Source: Acidobacteriota bacterium (GTDB lineage Bacteria > Acidobacteriota > Terriglobia > Terriglobales > Acidobacteriaceae). Taken from it: a stretch of DNA of 57,731 bases. The position numbers and the translations under genes were made by a program. Shown piece by piece: positions 27,249-37,078 of the stretch; the first letter of the stretch is position 1; each line of letters starts with the position of its first letter. The stretch covers positions 1-57,731 of the forward strand of contig JAFAWX010000145.1 in assembly GCA_019241535.1 (NCBI GenBank). Direction: 5' to 3'. The notes below the pieces were generated by a model, which saw only the letters and a list, made by a program, of their open reading frames with translations, searched no databases and had not been told where the DNA came from.

Positions 27249-28649
27249 ATGAAAATCTGTTTAGTCTGCACTTTTCCGCCTAGCGGTCGCCAGCTGAATG
27301 AATACGCCTTTCATATTGCGCGGGAGCTGAAGCGCAACCCGATGATTCAGCTCACCATCCTCGCCGATCAGCTGACAAGCTATCAATGGGCGACGGACGA
27401 GAATGGAAAGCCCATAAAAGTCGAAGAGCAGCCGGAGCTTCCGGGCTTCGACGTAATCCGCTGCTGGAATTTCAACGATTTGAAGACTCCCGTACGACTT
27501 TTGAAGGTGCTGCGAAGGCTGCAGCCGGACGTGGTGTGGTTCAATCTTGTCTTTTCCACCTTCGCAACCCAGGAACATCCCGTGGCGGCCTTTGTCGGGC
27601 TATGCACGCCCGCCCTAAGCCGCGCCTGCGGTTTTTACACTCACGTCACCCTGCACCACATTCTCGAGCATGTAGATTTCGCCGGTGCTGGTGTCCGGCA
27701 TGAGCGCGCCCTGCGCCTGGGAAGCGAGCTTGCCACTCGTGCTCTGCTCAAAGCCAATTCGGTTTCGGTTTTGCTCTCCGGCTATCGCCGCACACTGATC
27801 AAAAAGTACGCAGCCGAAAACGTGCTCCTCGGCACCCACGGGATTTTCGAGCAACGGCCTGAGCCCCCGGATTTTTCCAAACGAGGCAATCCCGACGATC
27901 GCATCCTGGCGCTCGGACATTGGGGAACGTACAAGCGCCTGGATACGCTGATTGAAGCTTTCCCGGCCGTCCTTGAACAGGTGCCAACCGCGAAATTGAT
28001 CGTTGCCGGTGCCAACCACCACACCAAGCCGGGATACTGGGAGCGCGTTCGCGAGTCGGTGAGAGACAACCCCCGTATTGAATTTCACGGCTATGTGCCC
28101 GAAGAAGCCATACCCGAGCTTTATCGCACCACCAGCATCGTGGTGATGCCATACGATTCAGCTACCGGCTCAAGCGGGCCGGCGCACCAGGCCTGCGAGT
28201 ACAGTGTGCCCATCGTTTGTGCCGACCTGCCGGATTTCAGGAACATGGCAGACGATGAAGATATGGCCGTCAGCTTTTACGAAAGGGGTAATGCCGCCGA
28301 TCTCGCGGGGAGATTAATCGAGATCCTCAAGTCCCGCGAACAGCAGGAAAGAATGGCCCAGCAGAACTTTGCCGCGGCCCTGCGCATGACTATGCCGAGC
28401 GTTGTACGCCAGTACTTGCGCTGGTTTGAAGTGGTCAGGCGGACTGAGACCTCGGGCTCCGGCCCTTCCTGGCTGCGAGGGCGCAACCGGAGCCGGACCC
28501 ACTCTCGAGCCTGGACGTTACAGGCAAATGGCGACTCTAACCGGCCGGCATCGGCGGATGGAGATCACAACGACGGCGGGAATGGGCATTCCGATATCCA
28601 AATCGTCAGCGGAGGCAAAGACTCTGCGATTTTCAGACGCCGCAAGTGA
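27249..28649 (+). CDS. Glycosyltransferase family 4-like (GT-B) with low-complexity C-terminal tail
   Basis: MKICLVCTFPPSG..., LIVAGANHH, PYDSATGSSGPAHQACEYSVPIVCADLP; about 70 aa of Arg/Ser/Gly-rich tail. Confidence 0.7.
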   Translation: MKICLVCTFPPSGRQLNEYAFHIARELKRNPMIQLTILADQLTSYQWATDENGKPIKVEEQPELPGFDVIRCWNFNDLKTPVRLLKVLRRLQPDVVWFNLVFSTFATQEHPVAAFVGLCTPALSRACGFYTHVTLHHILEHVDFAGAGVRHERALRLGSELATRALLKANSVSVLLSGYRRTLIKKYAAENVLLGTHGIFEQRPEPPDFSKRGNPDDRILALGHWGTYKRLDTLIEAFPAVLEQVPTAKLIVAGANHHTKPGYWERVRESVRDNPRIEFHGYVPEEAIPELYRTTSIVVMPYDSATGSSGPAHQACEYSVPIVCADLPDFRNMADDEDMAVSFYERGNAADLAGRLIEILKSREQQERMAQQNFAAALRMTMPSVVRQYLRWFEVVRRTETSGSGPSWLRGRNRSRTHSRAWTLQANGDSNRPASADGDHNDGGNGHSDIQIVSGGKDSAIFRRRK

Positions 28650-28671
28650 CCAGAGGAGGGAACCGGGTCTC

Positions 28672-29568
28672 TTATTTGCCGGCGGGTAGAAGATCGATCC
28701 CGCTGGCGGCATACTGGGTGCCATCGAAAGTCGTTCTGACGCTGACTTGAACCCCTTCGTGCAGTTCGGGGTGAGCTCGCAGCAGGGAAGGATCGCAGTG
28801 GATGTCGTAGTTGCGCTGATCCCTCGGGTCAACTACGACCAGCAGTCCTCGGCTCAAATCCAGGTGCGCCACCTGGCCCACGAAGAAGAACGTCGATCCC
28901 GGTATGGCAAGAATTGCAATCTGGCGCACCACTATCCGGCCCTGGCCATCGGGCCGGAAATCGGTCGACACCAGAGCCCCGGGGACGAGTTCCTCGGCCG
29001 AAACCTGCCGCCCGTCGCGCTTCACGACACTGGTCGAGTCGAGTGACAGCTTGAGGGGCTCAGGCGACAATGCATCGCGGACGGTTAAGTCGGCCGAACC
29101 GGGCTCGTGCGCGACAATCTGGCCACTGCTCTGCCCCATACTGGTGGCGGTTACAATGCGAATGTTCCGGGCAAACACGTCTTTACCGTCCAGCATGGTA
29201 TCTATGTTGATCCGTTGTCCAGTTTGGAGGTCGTGCAAAGTGGCGGCCACCCCGTTGCGGTACACGTGAGTGCGTGGATCGAACAAGACAACCGCTTTTC
29301 CCCCGCCGACAACCTGGAGAGTGATCTGGTCGCGGACGCGATCGAGAGTCCGAATCGTGCCACCCACGAGAGAAATGCTCCCCTTCGGCATCCCGGGAAC
29401 CTCAGGCATCAGGTCACGGGTGTCGCTAGGTGAGCCGGCAACGATTGCAGCTCCAGGAGACAATGAGGCCGATTGCCGCAAGACGGGGGCGGCGGTCTGG
29501 GCCGTGGCCCATCCGCTAACAACCAAAACGGCTAGCAGGCGAGTCGCAGGAAATTGGTACTTCTTCAC
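28672..29568 (-). CDS. Exported hypothetical protein with repeated small beta-barrel (DUF5666-like?) modules
   Basis: An in-frame GTG at 29568 gives the signal peptide KKYQFPATRLLAVLVVSGWATAQ. The longer track ORF would overlap the divergent gene. Repeats of the type DQITLQVVGG...VLFDPRTHVY and LLVVVDPRDQRNYDIH. Confidence 0.45.
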   Translation of the reverse strand: MKKYQFPATRLLAVLVVSGWATAQTAAPVLRQSASLSPGAAIVAGSPSDTRDLMPEVPGMPKGSISLVGGTIRTLDRVRDQITLQVVGGGKAVVLFDPRTHVYRNGVAATLHDLQTGQRINIDTMLDGKDVFARNIRIVTATSMGQSSGQIVAHEPGSADLTVRDALSPEPLKLSLDSTSVVKRDGRQVSAEELVPGALVSTDFRPDGQGRIVVRQIAILAIPGSTFFFVGQVAHLDLSRGLLVVVDPRDQRNYDIHCDPSLLRAHPELHEGVQVSVRTTFDGTQYAASGIDLLPAGK

Positions 29569-29696
29569 AGGAACTTTGGATGCAGCCGAGTTCCTCCAGG
29601 TGGTCTGGCCGGAGGCCAAGTGAGCCGGCAACTCGTCCGCCCAAGCAGCATCAAAGAACAGAGCACAGTGTAAGGCTTGTCTAGAAGAGGGCTGGA

Positions 29697-30902
29697 ATGG
29701 GAAAAGCAAGTTGTTCGACATGGATCGTTGTAGGTGCAATGATCGGACTGCTGGCGAAGGATGTGCGGGCCGGTGACCTGAAGATCACGCTTCCAAAGCG
29801 AAGTGAATATACGCCCGTACAACGCCTGAACCGCCAGGGCGTGGACGCTGTCCGCAAGCATGAGTACGAGAAGGCGAAGGCTCTTTTTTACAAGGCTTAC
29901 TTATACGATCCGGATGATCCTTTTACCCTGAATAATCTCGGCTACGTCGCCGAACTCGACGGACAACTGGAGCGCGCCCAACGGTTTTACAGCCTCGCCT
30001 CGCAGCAGAATACCGAGGCCATGATCGACGCGGCGAGCACCCGCGAGGCCAGGGGCAAATCCTTCCGCGATGAGATAACCGGGATCCGCGATCTTGCCGT
30101 GCAGGTCAATCGGGCGAACGTGCGCGCGGTCGAGCTTTTGTCAGACGGACGCGCAACCGAGGCCGATCGCATGCTCCAGGGAGCCCTGGCTCTTGATCCC
30201 CGCAATCCATTCACCCTGAATAATATGGGGGTGGCGAAGGAGATGGAGGGCGAACTCATGCAATCGCTCACCTATTACAACAGCGCAGCGGCTTTACACT
30301 CGGAGGAGCCAGTCATGGTCACGCTGAGCAACTCCTGGCGAGGAAAGCCGGTCAGCAGGATGGCGTCAGAAAGCGCCAAAGTAGTTCTTCAGCGGCTGCA
30401 CCATCCAGGCAGCAGCGAGGCAAACGCTGCAGAATACAATCTGCGCGGCGTCTCCGCCATCAACCGCAACGACTGGCGCGATGCCGAGCAGTACTTCCGC
30501 CAGGCCTATTCGCTTGACCCAAGCAACGCATTTTCGCTCAACAATATGGGCTACGTGTCGGAGATGAATGGAGACAGTGAGACCGCGCAGATTTTTTACG
30601 AACGGGCTCGCAGCGCCGCAGGTGCCGGGACGCGGGTTGGCGTGGCTACGGACGCCAGCGCTAAAGGCCTCAGAATATTTCAAGTCTCCGAGGATAACGA
30701 CTCGAAGGTCGACCAAAGACTCGCCCAGCAAGCCGAAATCAAACGCCGCCAAGGCGGTCCGATTCAGCTCAGGCGGCGTGACGGAACGCCAGTAACCGGA
30801 CCAGCCCCTGTCCCCCCTGCCGACTCAGAGCCTGCGGTTCCGCGCCCCCCTGTGCCGCGCCCACCGGGTCAGGTCGATCAAAATAACAATCCCCCGCAGT
30901 AG
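29697..30902 (+). CDS. Secreted TPR-repeat protein with Pro-rich C-terminus
   Basis: Repeated DP(D/R/S)(D/N)(P/A)F(T/S)LNN(L/M)G(Y/V) TPR-like units; C-terminal PAPVPPADSEPAVPRPPVPRPPG. Confidence 0.7.
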   Translation: MGKASCSTWIVVGAMIGLLAKDVRAGDLKITLPKRSEYTPVQRLNRQGVDAVRKHEYEKAKALFYKAYLYDPDDPFTLNNLGYVAELDGQLERAQRFYSLASQQNTEAMIDAASTREARGKSFRDEITGIRDLAVQVNRANVRAVELLSDGRATEADRMLQGALALDPRNPFTLNNMGVAKEMEGELMQSLTYYNSAAALHSEEPVMVTLSNSWRGKPVSRMASESAKVVLQRLHHPGSSEANAAEYNLRGVSAINRNDWRDAEQYFRQAYSLDPSNAFSLNNMGYVSEMNGDSETAQIFYERARSAAGAGTRVGVATDASAKGLRIFQVSEDNDSKVDQRLAQQAEIKRRQGGPIQLRRRDGTPVTGPAPVPPADSEPAVPRPPVPRPPGQVDQNNNPPQ

Positions 30903-30992
30903 GAGACTTGGCCTGTACTGCCCGCAGTCGCCTCAGCGCCGTCCCGGCTCGGGCTTGCACCTATGTTAAGGACAGGTCTGCCTTGCGCATTC

Positions 30993-32729
30993 TTATTTTC
31001 GCGTCTTGCGGACCTGAAGCCTCACGGTTAGATAGGTCGTGGCCTGAAGGGACCCGCTTGTCCCCTTAATCGCCAGGCTGTAACTATTCTGCGGAGCGAC
31101 CGTCGGCACAGACGCGCTCCTCTGAACAGGTTCTGGTCTGCGGCCCGGTGGCAAAGGTGAAATGGCGGTCGTCGAAATTCTCAGGACAGAACCAGCGTTG
31201 CTAGAACCCGGTGTTACCGCCGACGGGGAAAACCGGCATGACATCCAGGCAGGCAAGTTGGCGCAAGACAGAGTGATCGGCTGGTTGTAGGCCCCCGTCT
31301 GAGGGGTTATCAGGATTTGAGAACTCACCGATTGTCCCAGGGCCGTGCTGATCGACCCTGGTGACGCATTCAGAGTGAAGCTTGATTGCGGTGCCCGCGG
31401 ACCTGGAGCTGGACTCGGGGGTGGGCTTGGGGCTGAGCTTGAGCCCCCACAGGCTGCGTTATAGGACACCGGCCCCGAGATGTGATTGGTGAGATTCGGC
31501 CTGCCGACTGCCTGGACAAAGACGGAATATTGCCCCGAACCTAGTCCATAGCCACAGAGGTCGAGAGAGTGGTAACCGGTTGGAAGGTCGGCGAGAGACA
31601 TTAGATTTTGTCCGTCGCTGCTGACATAAACAGTATAGTGATCGACCGTCTGTTCATTACCGGTAACTGTCCATTGCAGGTTCCCGGCGGACTGCGATGC
31701 GTTCAGGTTCACGCAGTTGTCGATGCCGGATTCTATTTCGCTTCCCTCCTCATAGTCGTTCCAGGTGACAAGTTGCAGGATAGGCAGCTGTCTTGAAGGG
31801 CTGTAGAAACTGTTGACCGCTCCAAAGGTTTGCAGCCATGTCTGCCCGCATTGCTGAGGCATAACCCGATTCAAGCTCCAAGAGGCAGACGTGTCATTGA
31901 AACCCTTATAGCTTGCCCCCAGAACTTCCAAATTGGGATGAGCCGCTCCCGTCGAGTAAAAACTGGAGAGGTAATTCAAGCCGAAGTTGGAAGCCGTGGG
32001 CATCACCCACGAGTAGGCACCCCCGCTGAGGACATGAGTAAAGCCACCGTTGTTCTGGAAAATGAAGGTCGGCTGGCTGCTTAGCGCGGAACTGACTGCG
32101 TTCCAGTTGATCTGATAAAACAGGTCAATATCAAAGTTGGTAACGACCGGCTGCCCATTCAGCCGGAGATACGCCGGCGATGAGAAATAGGTCTGCTCGA
32201 GGTACTGCATTTGCGCCGTCAGCGCCTGCTGCGGCGAGCAGCCCGGACACGAGTCCCAGAGAATTGCGCCATGGTCGATCATGATCGCAAAGGTAAACCC
32301 GGGGTGATTTTCGGCTTCTTTCATTACAAGCTGGGCGGCATGGTCAATGAAATTGTTGGGACCGTACCAGACCATGACAATGCCATCGATTCCGCGGCTG
32401 ATCATGTCGTTGACCTGGCGCGCAACTTGAACCGGGTCAACCGAGCTGTAACCCACGTTCATGTGGCTGGATTGCCCGAACCAAAGGACCAGGTGGGCAA
32501 AGACCTTCGTGCTCGCGCCGGAATAAAGCAGCGAATGAACGTTGACCTTGCTGATATTGCTGGCGCCTAAGTTACCATTCGATTGCGTGGGGAAGCTATT
32601 TGCCGCGCTTGTATTGTTCGACATTTGTGCAGCAAGCGTTGTCGTGGGATTGATGGTTATCTGGCCCGCACTTAGATGTGGGGATAAGCAAACGAAACTT
32701 GTAATGAGGGCACAAGCGTATCTGTGCAT
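30993..32729 (-). CDS. Secreted glycoside-hydrolase-like protein (GH99/GH71-like TIM barrel) with C-terminal Ig-like region
   Basis: Signal peptide MHRYACALITSFVCLSPHLSAGQ with GGAGG Shine-Dalgarno before the ATG at 32729. NVGYSSVDPVQVARQVNDMISRGIDGIVMVWYG and LVTWNDYEEGSEIE motifs. Paralogue of 37079-38053. Confidence 0.5.
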   Translation of the reverse strand: MHRYACALITSFVCLSPHLSAGQITINPTTTLAAQMSNNTSAANSFPTQSNGNLGASNISKVNVHSLLYSGASTKVFAHLVLWFGQSSHMNVGYSSVDPVQVARQVNDMISRGIDGIVMVWYGPNNFIDHAAQLVMKEAENHPGFTFAIMIDHGAILWDSCPGCSPQQALTAQMQYLEQTYFSSPAYLRLNGQPVVTNFDIDLFYQINWNAVSSALSSQPTFIFQNNGGFTHVLSGGAYSWVMPTASNFGLNYLSSFYSTGAAHPNLEVLGASYKGFNDTSASWSLNRVMPQQCGQTWLQTFGAVNSFYSPSRQLPILQLVTWNDYEEGSEIESGIDNCVNLNASQSAGNLQWTVTGNEQTVDHYTVYVSSDGQNLMSLADLPTGYHSLDLCGYGLGSGQYSVFVQAVGRPNLTNHISGPVSYNAACGGSSSAPSPPPSPAPGPRAPQSSFTLNASPGSISTALGQSVSSQILITPQTGAYNQPITLSCANLPAWMSCRFSPSAVTPGSSNAGSVLRISTTAISPLPPGRRPEPVQRSASVPTVAPQNSYSLAIKGTSGSLQATTYLTVRLQVRKTRK

Positions 32730-34044
32730 GCCGCCTCCGCGCAGGATCTTGAAACCCATGCCAACGCTCTTTGAGCAGAAGGTGAGTGTGACGGCATCTT
32801 AATTAGAAGGTGCGCGCTGACGCACCGGTACGTAAGTGAATGTACTTTGGCTCATGCCATTTCCTGCGGGCTTTTCGCGAACGCAAGCAAGCAGATGGTT
32901 CGACCTCGCGATCTTTGCATTCAGGAGGCGATAAACTTACTCATGTACCTGTCCGCAGCGCTAGGACCGGAGCTTACCTATCCGAATGTAGATGGTCTTG
33001 CCGAGGATAACTTTGAGCCGTAGCGCTGACGCGTCGAGCCTTTCAAGCAGTCAATGGCGACAAAAGGAGCGGAGTCCTTCAATCATCGCGCAGATACATG
33101 GTCTTGCTCGCAGTCGCAGCAAAGCCTAAGAAAGCCACGCGGGATACCGCTTACTTGACTGTGGTGAAAGGTTCCTGCAGTGCACGAACTGTGGGAGCAG
33201 CTTCCTTTGTGGAATAACAGCCGAGCCGAAACATATAATCTTCAATCGAGCCCAGGCGCAGTTCTTGAAGGCAGAACTAAAGGCCACGCCCTGAGGTGCT
33301 TGTTGAGCCGCCAGATATAAGGGATTCAACGACACCGTCGCAACCTGGGACAAAGGGCGGATAATTGATCAAAACTGCGTGCAAACCTGGCTCGAGCGCC
33401 CGCGAGTTCCCGCCTCAACCTACAGCCATCTGCAAGGATTACGACCATTGAACCCGGGATTAACAATTGTCTTTAGCTAACGGTCTCCCAATCCGGCAGC
33501 GTAGGTAACAGGGCCGTCAACGCCGAGGAAAAACACCATTGACCATTACACCGTCTTCATCAGCACCGATGAGCTGAACCGTTCGCCGGTAACGACGTGG
33601 TGCGCGGAATCTCGCTTTGATTCGGGCAAAATGACGCTATCCCGCCGCCCAAACCTACTTGCTGTACGTGAAAACTGTCGGCGTGCCGGGGGTGGAGAAC
33701 AAAATGGCTCCCCCGACAGCCTAGGTCCTGGTGATCAGCCGCGGGCTATCTCCGTCCGTGGCATCATAAATGTATCGGGTCCCGAGATAAGTTCCTGACT
33801 CCGTCACTCGCCGAGGGCGACCGTGACCGACCAGTTTGGCGTGACCAGCACGGTTTCGACCACGATGGTGACCGCCGCCGGAGGAACTCTCATGTGTTCT
33901 TGGAGCTCTCAGCCACTCCATGCTGCGGGAGCGGGCGACCGATTCCCATTCAGCCCATGCCGCCGCCTCAGCGGTGAAGCAATTGCGTCAGGCGAGCGGT
34001 TTTAAAACTAGCATTCGATCAAGCCACTCGAGAGGGGCGTGTCG

Positions 34045-35571
34045 CTAAGGCAAACTATTCAGGTAGCAAGGCGCGGTTGTGGGTTGGGTCGGCGGACTGG
34101 GCGGAGTTTGCCAGGGGACATTGGCGAAATCGAAAAACTCCGTCATGTCGATCTGTGCCTTGTCCCTTTGGGTGAGATTCGCGACGCCAAAGCGGGTTTC
34201 TACCAGCTTCAACCAGGCCGTGGCATCGGTCATAGAGTGGGAGACGTAATTCTTCTTTGCGTACGGAGAAATCACAATTAGCGGGGTGCGGTAACCGGTA
34301 TAGGTGAAATCGCAGGTGGGACCAGTTGAATAGGTACAGATGTCTCGCAAAGTGGCGTTGAGATCAGAGGGCGGAATTCCATCCGGGCTCACCGTCGGCT
34401 GCGGCGCAACGTGATCGTAAAAGCCCCCGAATTCATCGAACGAGAGGATAAAGACAGAATCCTTCCAGGATGGACTTTGCATAAGGCCGTTAATGAGGGT
34501 CGACACGAATTGCGCGCCCGCCTGGATGTTTTCGGGCGAGGTCGCGGTAAGCGTCGGGTGCTCATCAAGACCGCTGCTGTAGCCAGGGTCTATGTAGGCA
34601 ACCGCGGGCAGGGTTCCATTCTTCACGTCAGTCAAAAATTGAGATACCGGCACGATATTCTGCGGGTATTTCCCCGCGGTCTGGAACATGTTAAGAGCGC
34701 TGTCCTGAACCGGCGGGGTGGCGTAGGTCAAATCCGTCACATAAACCTTCCAGCTCACGCCCGCGGCCTGCAGGGAGTCGAAAATTGTCGGGTTCGAGAG
34801 AGGAACCCCTCCCGATGGCAGAGGATAGACATGCCCGGCGGATGTCGCCGCGAGCGTGTACATGCGGTTTGCCTGCGTGCGTGTCATGACCGGCGAGAAC
34901 CAACGGTCGGAGGTGGCGAAGCTAGATGCCATGAAGTAGTAGTACGGCAGGTCGGTGCCATCGTAATAACCCATAGCCCGCACGCCGTTGGTGTCGTTAA
35001 ACGGTGGCGTCGTCGAGCGGGAATCATGGCCGCCGACCCAGACGAACCCATCGAGCGTCGCCGTGCCGGAGACTGCATTGCTCAAGTTATAGTCCACGTG
35101 CGACTCATTCCAGAACGGGCTCAAATTCTCCACGCACATCGTCTGGAGGTGAAAGGATGCGACCTGCGGACTATTCGCGTCATGAGTGCAGTCATAGGTC
35201 TGCGGCGGGTTGGCGTTCGGATTAAACGGGTAGGCGGGGTCGCAACCGGGATTGGTCGGCGTCGGGCCCTGGAGTGGACTGGCTCCCGCGGCCGGATTGA
35301 ACTGTGGCAGCCCGTCGAATGACTGATCCTGAATCCCGTTCGCCGCCCAGTATTGGCGCATCGCGCCAAAGTAATGATCGAAGCCGCGATTTTCCTGCTC
35401 CATGAAGATTATGTGATTAATGCTCTTGAGCGTGGCGGGAGTGGGAGTCGGGGTAGGTGTAGGGGTAGGAGTCTGGGTTGTTGTCGGAACCAAACCGCGG
35501 CAGCCACTCCCGGCCATAGAAAGACCCACTAGGACGAGGAATAAGCACAGGTTCAGTACTCGGTAGTACAT
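34045..35571 (-). CDS. Phosphoesterase-family lipoprotein (phospholipase C / acid phosphatase AcpA-like)
   Basis: Lipobox MAGSGC, (TP)6 linker, INHIIFMEQENRGFDHYFG, SFDEFGGFYDHV. Confidence 0.8.
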   Translation of the reverse strand: MYYRVLNLCLFLVLVGLSMAGSGCRGLVPTTTQTPTPTPTPTPTPATLKSINHIIFMEQENRGFDHYFGAMRQYWAANGIQDQSFDGLPQFNPAAGASPLQGPTPTNPGCDPAYPFNPNANPPQTYDCTHDANSPQVASFHLQTMCVENLSPFWNESHVDYNLSNAVSGTATLDGFVWVGGHDSRSTTPPFNDTNGVRAMGYYDGTDLPYYYFMASSFATSDRWFSPVMTRTQANRMYTLAATSAGHVYPLPSGGVPLSNPTIFDSLQAAGVSWKVYVTDLTYATPPVQDSALNMFQTAGKYPQNIVPVSQFLTDVKNGTLPAVAYIDPGYSSGLDEHPTLTATSPENIQAGAQFVSTLINGLMQSPSWKDSVFILSFDEFGGFYDHVAPQPTVSPDGIPPSDLNATLRDICTYSTGPTCDFTYTGYRTPLIVISPYAKKNYVSHSMTDATAWLKLVETRFGVANLTQRDKAQIDMTEFFDFANVPWQTPPSPPTQPTTAPCYLNSLP

Positions 35572-35930
35572 GCCAAGAACTCCCGGGACTAAGAATGTGA
35601 GATGAAGAGGCTTATCGCGGTGTTGGCCCGGACCTGTTGATTTGACAGTAATTTGGCCGATTCCTCATTTCAGCTGCAAACCATTTCACTCGAAAGAGCA
35701 TGCACCAAAGTGTAACTGACTAAGGTGTTTTCCCTATTGTTGAGGGTGAGAATGCTGCAATACTAGCGTTCGCTAACGAGAACTGATTAGCTAACCAGAA
35801 TTACTTCTGGCGCGCAGGCAGATAAGTCCCACTCCGATTCGTATTCTGGGGCATGTTTCCTTCGCACGTCGCGGCCGCAAGCGACCAGTCTCGGTAGCTT
35901 GCCCGTAAAAAAACACCCAGGAGAAGTTTA

Positions 35931-36959
35931 ATGAAGAGGTGTGTCTGCTCAGCGATCGTATTTTCGACATTTTTCTCCATCTCCGCGTTCGCCAGCGTCA
36001 GCGTTAGCACCCCCACGAACGGAGCGACAGTTGGTTCTCCCGTGCAGTTCGTCGCGTCGTCTTCGACCAGCACGTGCTCTAAGGGGGTAGCCTCGATGGG
36101 CGTCTACATCGATAACAGTTTGATTCAACAGTCGGTGGTTAGTGGCAGCCATTTGAATACCAGTGTCCCTGTGGCCTCGGGCGCCCACCACGCCGTAGTC
36201 GAAGAATGGGATTACTGCGGCGGTGCAACCTACACGGGGATGACTATTAACGTGAGCGGTGGTAATCCCAGAATCAGCGGTAACTCTCTCACCAACCTGC
36301 AAAAAGCTCCTTGGGTCGGCTGGGGAGAATATCCGCCTGCATACAATATCTGCAGTTCCTGCGGAGGTGGTGTGACCTGGTCGTGGAATTACAACGCCAT
36401 GGGCAGCGCCACCAGATTCAATCTGGGAGGCTCAAAGCCATACTCCGATGTTCTATTTGTCAACCGCGCTATTGGTCAAGGATCGAGTCTGGTTCCCGAC
36501 GGCAACCATACAGTCCTGCCCAATCTTCATAACTTTGTCTACGACGTGTATTTCTTTACCGCCAGCCTCAACGTTGCTGAAGTTCTGGAGTTCGACGTTG
36601 CCATGTATCTGAATGGCAAGAGCTACACTTGGGGCAACCAGTGCCGGCTCATCAACGGACATGCCTGGGATATATGGGACAACGTAAATCACACTTGGGT
36701 TTCTGCCAACGTGCCCTGCTATCCCATTAACAACGGTTGGAACCATCTCACCATCCAGATGCAGCGGACCTCGAGCAACCAGCTGCTCGTGCAGTCGATC
36801 CAACTGAACGGAAACAACGCCACAATCAACCGCTATTTCAATCCGGCAAGTGCACCATCCAGCTGGTACGGTGTTACCCTGAACTTCCAGATGGACGGAG
36901 ACTACCGGCCATCCGCGTATTCGGTTTACCTGGACAAATTGACGCTAAATTACTGGTGA
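35931..36959 (+). CDS. Secreted hypothetical protein: N-terminal Ig-like domain plus C-terminal beta-sandwich (lectin-like?) domain
   Basis: Signal peptide MKRCVCSAIVFSTFFSISAFA; PTNGATVGSPVQFVASSS Ig-like motif. No catalytic motif recognised. Confidence 0.55.
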   Translation: MKRCVCSAIVFSTFFSISAFASVSVSTPTNGATVGSPVQFVASSSTSTCSKGVASMGVYIDNSLIQQSVVSGSHLNTSVPVASGAHHAVVEEWDYCGGATYTGMTINVSGGNPRISGNSLTNLQKAPWVGWGEYPPAYNICSSCGGGVTWSWNYNAMGSATRFNLGGSKPYSDVLFVNRAIGQGSSLVPDGNHTVLPNLHNFVYDVYFFTASLNVAEVLEFDVAMYLNGKSYTWGNQCRLINGHAWDIWDNVNHTWVSANVPCYPINNGWNHLTIQMQRTSSNQLLVQSIQLNGNNATINRYFNPASAPSSWYGVTLNFQMDGDYRPSAYSVYLDKLTLNYW

Positions 36960-37078
36960 TCTCACCCGAGCTCTTAAATTGTCAGCTCGTAGCCAATTTG
37001 AGCAGGCTGCGAGCTGACACCGCAGGGCTATCTGTCCTCTAGTACTCTTCCAAGCGGAGCGACTCAAGGGCTTGCCCT

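Noticed and set aside
33126-33921. Two short ORFs (75 aa and 66 aa, minus strand) inside the 1.3-kb spacer.
   Set aside because: They have no motifs, no ribosome-binding sites and an odd composition. They are more likely chance ORFs or remnants of a decayed gene.
34411-35322. Plus-strand 303-aa ORF opposite the PLC-like phosphoesterase gene.
   Set aside because: It is a shadow ORF. The minus-strand product carries textbook phosphoesterase motifs (ENRGFDHYFG), while the plus-strand one is Arg-rich nonsense.
35437-35472. Short tandem DNA repeat (ACNCCN)6.
   Set aside because: It is simply the coding sequence of the (Thr-Pro)6 linker after the lipobox of the phosphoesterase. It is not a CRISPR or regulatory repeat.
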